Origin: Spirochaetota bacterium
Lineage (GTDB): Bacteria; Spirochaetota; UBA4802; JAFGDQ01
NCBI GenBank assembly: GCA_043803405.1
Contig: JAZDKB010000004.1
Location: forward strand, 64,001 to 128,000
Direction: 5' to 3'
DNA length: 64,000 nt
Part shown: positions 61,282 to 64,000 of the stretch, one piece after another
Position numbering within the stretch: position 1 is the first letter of the stretch
Layout of the letters: every line of letters starts with the position of its first letter
Made by a program: the position numbers and the translations under genes
Notes under the pieces: generated by a model
The model's input: only the letters and a program-made list of their open reading frames with translations
What the model was told of the DNA's origin: nothing
Databases searched by the model: none

Positions 61282-62220
61282 ATGCAAAATGAAAAGTCAA
61301 AATATATTTTAAATGACGGGCTTCTCGACGAACCGTTAATTGAATCGGAATTTAATTCCGAACTTTTGGAAGTAACAAGTTCTGCTGCTTTTAAAGCTAA
61401 TGATAAATCGGCAAGGATAATTAGCGATCATATTTACAAGTATTTCGAAAAAGTAAGCAATGATCTTTATAATGCTAACAGTTCGAAATTAATACCCGAT
61501 CTGATAAGTATTTTAATACAGGTAATGAAATCGTCAGGTATTGAAAAAGTATCGTTTCGTGTGGATATATTAGGCAATATTATCGATTTTTTTAAACATG
61601 ATGGCAAGCCGCCCAAAAAGCCAAAAAGCAAAGACAAACGCCAGGCTGTTCTCGATGCTGCGATGATTGTTTTTTCAAGAACCGGATTTCACGAAACCCA
61701 TGTAGATGAAATCGCGGAGCTGGCCGGGGTGGCGAAGGGCACGGTATATCGTTATTTCCAGAGCAAGGAAGATATTTTAAGAGAGATTATTAAAGCCAAT
61801 AACGAAGTGCTGACAAAAGATCTAATGATTATTTTCAATAAGGACGGGCATATACTTGAACTTATAAAAGAAGCTATTGAATACTATGTGGAATTTTTTG
61901 ACAGCAATAAGGATCTTTATAAAATACTTACACATGCGCCGTGGATATTGAATGATATAAGTGATCATTTTTATAAAAATATTATTTCTCATCTTAATGT
62001 TGTGAGGAGAAGAGTTTTTACTTTAACAAGAGAAGGCGTGGTTAAACCGACCGATTTTTATACTGTATTCTACGGCATTTTCGGATTTATTGACGGAGTA
62101 ATACAGAAGTGGTTCAGGCGGAACTGCGAATATTCATTAAAGGAGGAGCTATCGGTTATAATTGAAGTATTATTTTACGGATTTGTTTCGGAAGGTGAGA
62201 GAAAAGAAAAATTTATTTAA
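61282..62220 (+). CDS. TetR/AcrR regulator with an N-terminal extension of about 115 aa
   Basis: KRQAVLDAA..VF...GF..T.VDEIA..AGVAKGTVYRYF.SKE. Confidence 0.88.
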   Translation: MQNEKSKYILNDGLLDEPLIESEFNSELLEVTSSAAFKANDKSARIISDHIYKYFEKVSNDLYNANSSKLIPDLISILIQVMKSSGIEKVSFRVDILGNIIDFFKHDGKPPKKPKSKDKRQAVLDAAMIVFSRTGFHETHVDEIAELAGVAKGTVYRYFQSKEDILREIIKANNEVLTKDLMIIFNKDGHILELIKEAIEYYVEFFDSNKDLYKILTHAPWILNDISDHFYKNIISHLNVVRRRVFTLTREGVVKPTDFYTVFYGIFGFIDGVIQKWFRRNCEYSLKEELSVIIEVLFYGFVSEGERKEKFI

Positions 62221-62303
62221 CTTACTCAACTTGACTGGCTTTTTTTATTCATATTAATTTTTTTTCAGCAAAAGAATAAAAAAGGTCAATCTGGTTGAAT
62301 AAT
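62217..62303. repeat. 30-bp dispersed repeat copy 2 plus a degenerate inverted partner (MITE-like)
   Basis: 62217-62246 matches 3908-3937; 62278-62302 AAAAAAGGTCAATCTGGTTGAATAA is an imperfect reverse complement (about 19/25). Confidence 0.55.
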
Positions 62304-62357
62304 ATTTTAAAAAATAATTAAAATTTAAACCTAATAGAGATTCGGAGAATTTTATAA

Positions 62358-64000
62358 ATGGCAAAACTAAAATACAATGACTTAATGTTCAATTTTGAAA
62401 AATGCGTACAATGGCAGGACATCGCAGACGCATTGGGCAAAGAAAACCACTTTGATGAATATATGATGACAATGAAAACAGTGGGAGACTTTGTCCAGAA
62501 CCTGGTTGAACCCTTTGCAGAAGAGATTGACAATGATGAATGCAGGGTTGAGACCGACAGTAACGGCAAAAATAAAGTAAGAATAGCCGAGCCCATGGCC
62601 AAGCATTTTGAGAAGCTGAAAGAACTGGGTCTTTTTTGCGGAGTTACAATACCTGAAGAGCAAGGCGGTTTTAATTTCCCGCTGACTGCATTTTTTGGAT
62701 TCGGCGAAGTAATTACAATGGGGGATTCAAGCCTAGGACTTACACCCATGCTTAACGAAGGATGCGCACAGGTAATCTCCGAGTATGCGAACGAAAAAAT
62801 ATGCGCGGAATATCTGCCAAAGCTTATTTCCGGAGAAAGACTTTGTGCAATGGGCTTAACCGAGCCTAGTGCCGGAAGCGACCTTGTTGCTGGAATACAG
62901 ACAACGGCAAGACCTGTTGACAAGGAAAAGGATAAAGACAAAGCTGAAAGGATAAGCGAACTTGAGAAACTGGGAGACGTTTATATTATTAACGGCACAA
63001 AGATATTCATATCAAACGGATACGGAGATGTGCTTACGCTTGCAAAAATAAATGACGGAATCAGCATGTTTTTAGTATATGAAGAAGATAAAGTAGTTCC
63101 CAGAATAGAGCACAAATTAGGCATAAGGGGCTCTGCAACATGCGAAATATTTTACGACAATTCCCCCGGAGTTTTAATCGGCGAGCTGGGCGGTGGTTTA
63201 ATACCGAACATGCTGAAGCTGATGAACATTGCAAGACTCGGAGTCGCCACTCAGGGCCTCGCGATAGGAGAAAGAGCCCACAGATACGCTATTGAGTATG
63301 CTAATGTCCGTGTTCAGTTCGGCGTTCCAATTATTCAGCATTCTCCGGTACGCCAGATAATATTTGAAAACGAGATCGAACTGCAGGCTTCGCGCGCCCT
63401 TGTTTATACCGGAGCATATTATTTTGATATGCGCCTTGCGCTAAATAAAAGATTAAAGACGCTTAAAGAAGGCACACCGGAGTATACAGAAGTAAAAAAC
63501 AAGCAGAGAAAATATTCCAGAATTGCGGAGATATTAATATCGCTTTCCAAATATGATGCAACGGAACTCGGAAATAAGGTAGCAAGCTCATCATTGCAGG
63601 TTTTCGGCGGATACGGTTTCACCAGGGAATATCCAATGGAGCGTTTCTACAGAGACGTAAGAATTACAAATATTTATGAAGGAACTACCCAGATACAGGT
63701 TGAGCAGGTATTTAACGAGACGTTCTATGTCGATAAAGTCGGACTTATCAACCAGTTCAAACTTGGCGGGAATAAAGGATTTGTCGAGAATGATAAGAAC
63801 AGAGTATTCCTTGATATCTTTCTTAATGAATATAAAAATGAAATACTCTCGAAATCTGCGGGTAATCCTGTATTGTCAGGGTTGATAAATAAAGTCGATA
63901 AAATGAGAGAATATTTAAAAGAAGCCAGACAAATACTTTTTATTGAAGAAAGAAACCGCGGAAAAGAGCTGGGCAGGAAATATAACGCGATATATCAGCA
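62358..64000 (+). CDS. Acyl-CoA dehydrogenase (runs off the window end; not in ORF track)
   Basis: RBS GGAG; AMGLTEPSAGSD, INGTKIFISNG, KLGIRGSATCE, QFG.PI, QVFGGYGF..EY..ER.YRD.RITNIYEGT. Confidence 0.93.
   Translation, partial: MAKLKYNDLMFNFEKCVQWQDIADALGKENHFDEYMMTMKTVGDFVQNLVEPFAEEIDNDECRVETDSNGKNKVRIAEPMAKHFEKLKELGLFCGVTIPEEQGGFNFPLTAFFGFGEVITMGDSSLGLTPMLNEGCAQVISEYANEKICAEYLPKLISGERLCAMGLTEPSAGSDLVAGIQTTARPVDKEKDKDKAERISELEKLGDVYIINGTKIFISNGYGDVLTLAKINDGISMFLVYEEDKVVPRIEHKLGIRGSATCEIFYDNSPGVLIGELGGGLIPNMLKLMNIARLGVATQGLAIGERAHRYAIEYANVRVQFGVPIIQHSPVRQIIFENEIELQASRALVYTGAYYFDMRLALNKRLKTLKEGTPEYTEVKNKQRKYSRIAEILISLSKYDATELGNKVASSSLQVFGGYGFTREYPMERFYRDVRITNIYEGTTQIQVEQVFNETFYVDKVGLINQFKLGGNKGFVENDKNRVFLDIFLNEYKNEILSKSAGNPVLSGLINKVDKMREYLKEARQILFIEERNRGKELGRKYNAIYQ

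Noticed and set aside
62318..62941. 207-aa minus-strand ORF and similar antisense ORFs over pgk, aspS, ahcY and the PLD gene
   Set aside because: Shadow frames of well-supported genes on the opposite strand, with no recognisable motifs.

Overview
AT-rich bacterial chromosomal segment, most likely from a spirochaete related to the Leptospira lineage. That assignment is an inference from a LipL21-like lipoprotein, a stand-alone 5S rRNA gene and the aspS-phoH-HD-ybeY order; lpxK, lptF/G and lnt indicate a diderm LPS envelope. Housekeeping genes (lpxK, pgk, tatC, ahcY with a SahR-type regulator, aspS, phoH, ybeY, ligA, lnt, purN, two CAT tRNAs, 5S rRNA) flank an accessory block at about 4.5-21.5 kb rich in secreted hydrolases and outer-membrane proteins. 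Two systems stand out. (1) At 51-64 kb, a 3132-aa iterative type I PKS/FAS (KS-AT-KS-ACPx5-KR-DH) has two ketosynthases with intact triads, and all five ACPs carry Thr instead of the phosphopantetheinyl Ser. It is followed by an Sfp-type PPTase, a TetR regulator and an acyl-CoA dehydrogenase. (2) At 19.2-20.2 kb, an ArsR gene is followed by two UGA-containing genes missed by the ORF track (a HesB-like selenoprotein and a 47-aa membrane microprotein) that share one SECIS-like hairpin motif. Also seen: a probable non-canonical ATT start, an unannotated Zn-ribbon microprotein, an ankyrin-OMPLA fusion and several REP/MITE-like palindromes. No CRISPR array, integrase or transposase was recognised. 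All family assignments are by motif recognition, without database searches.
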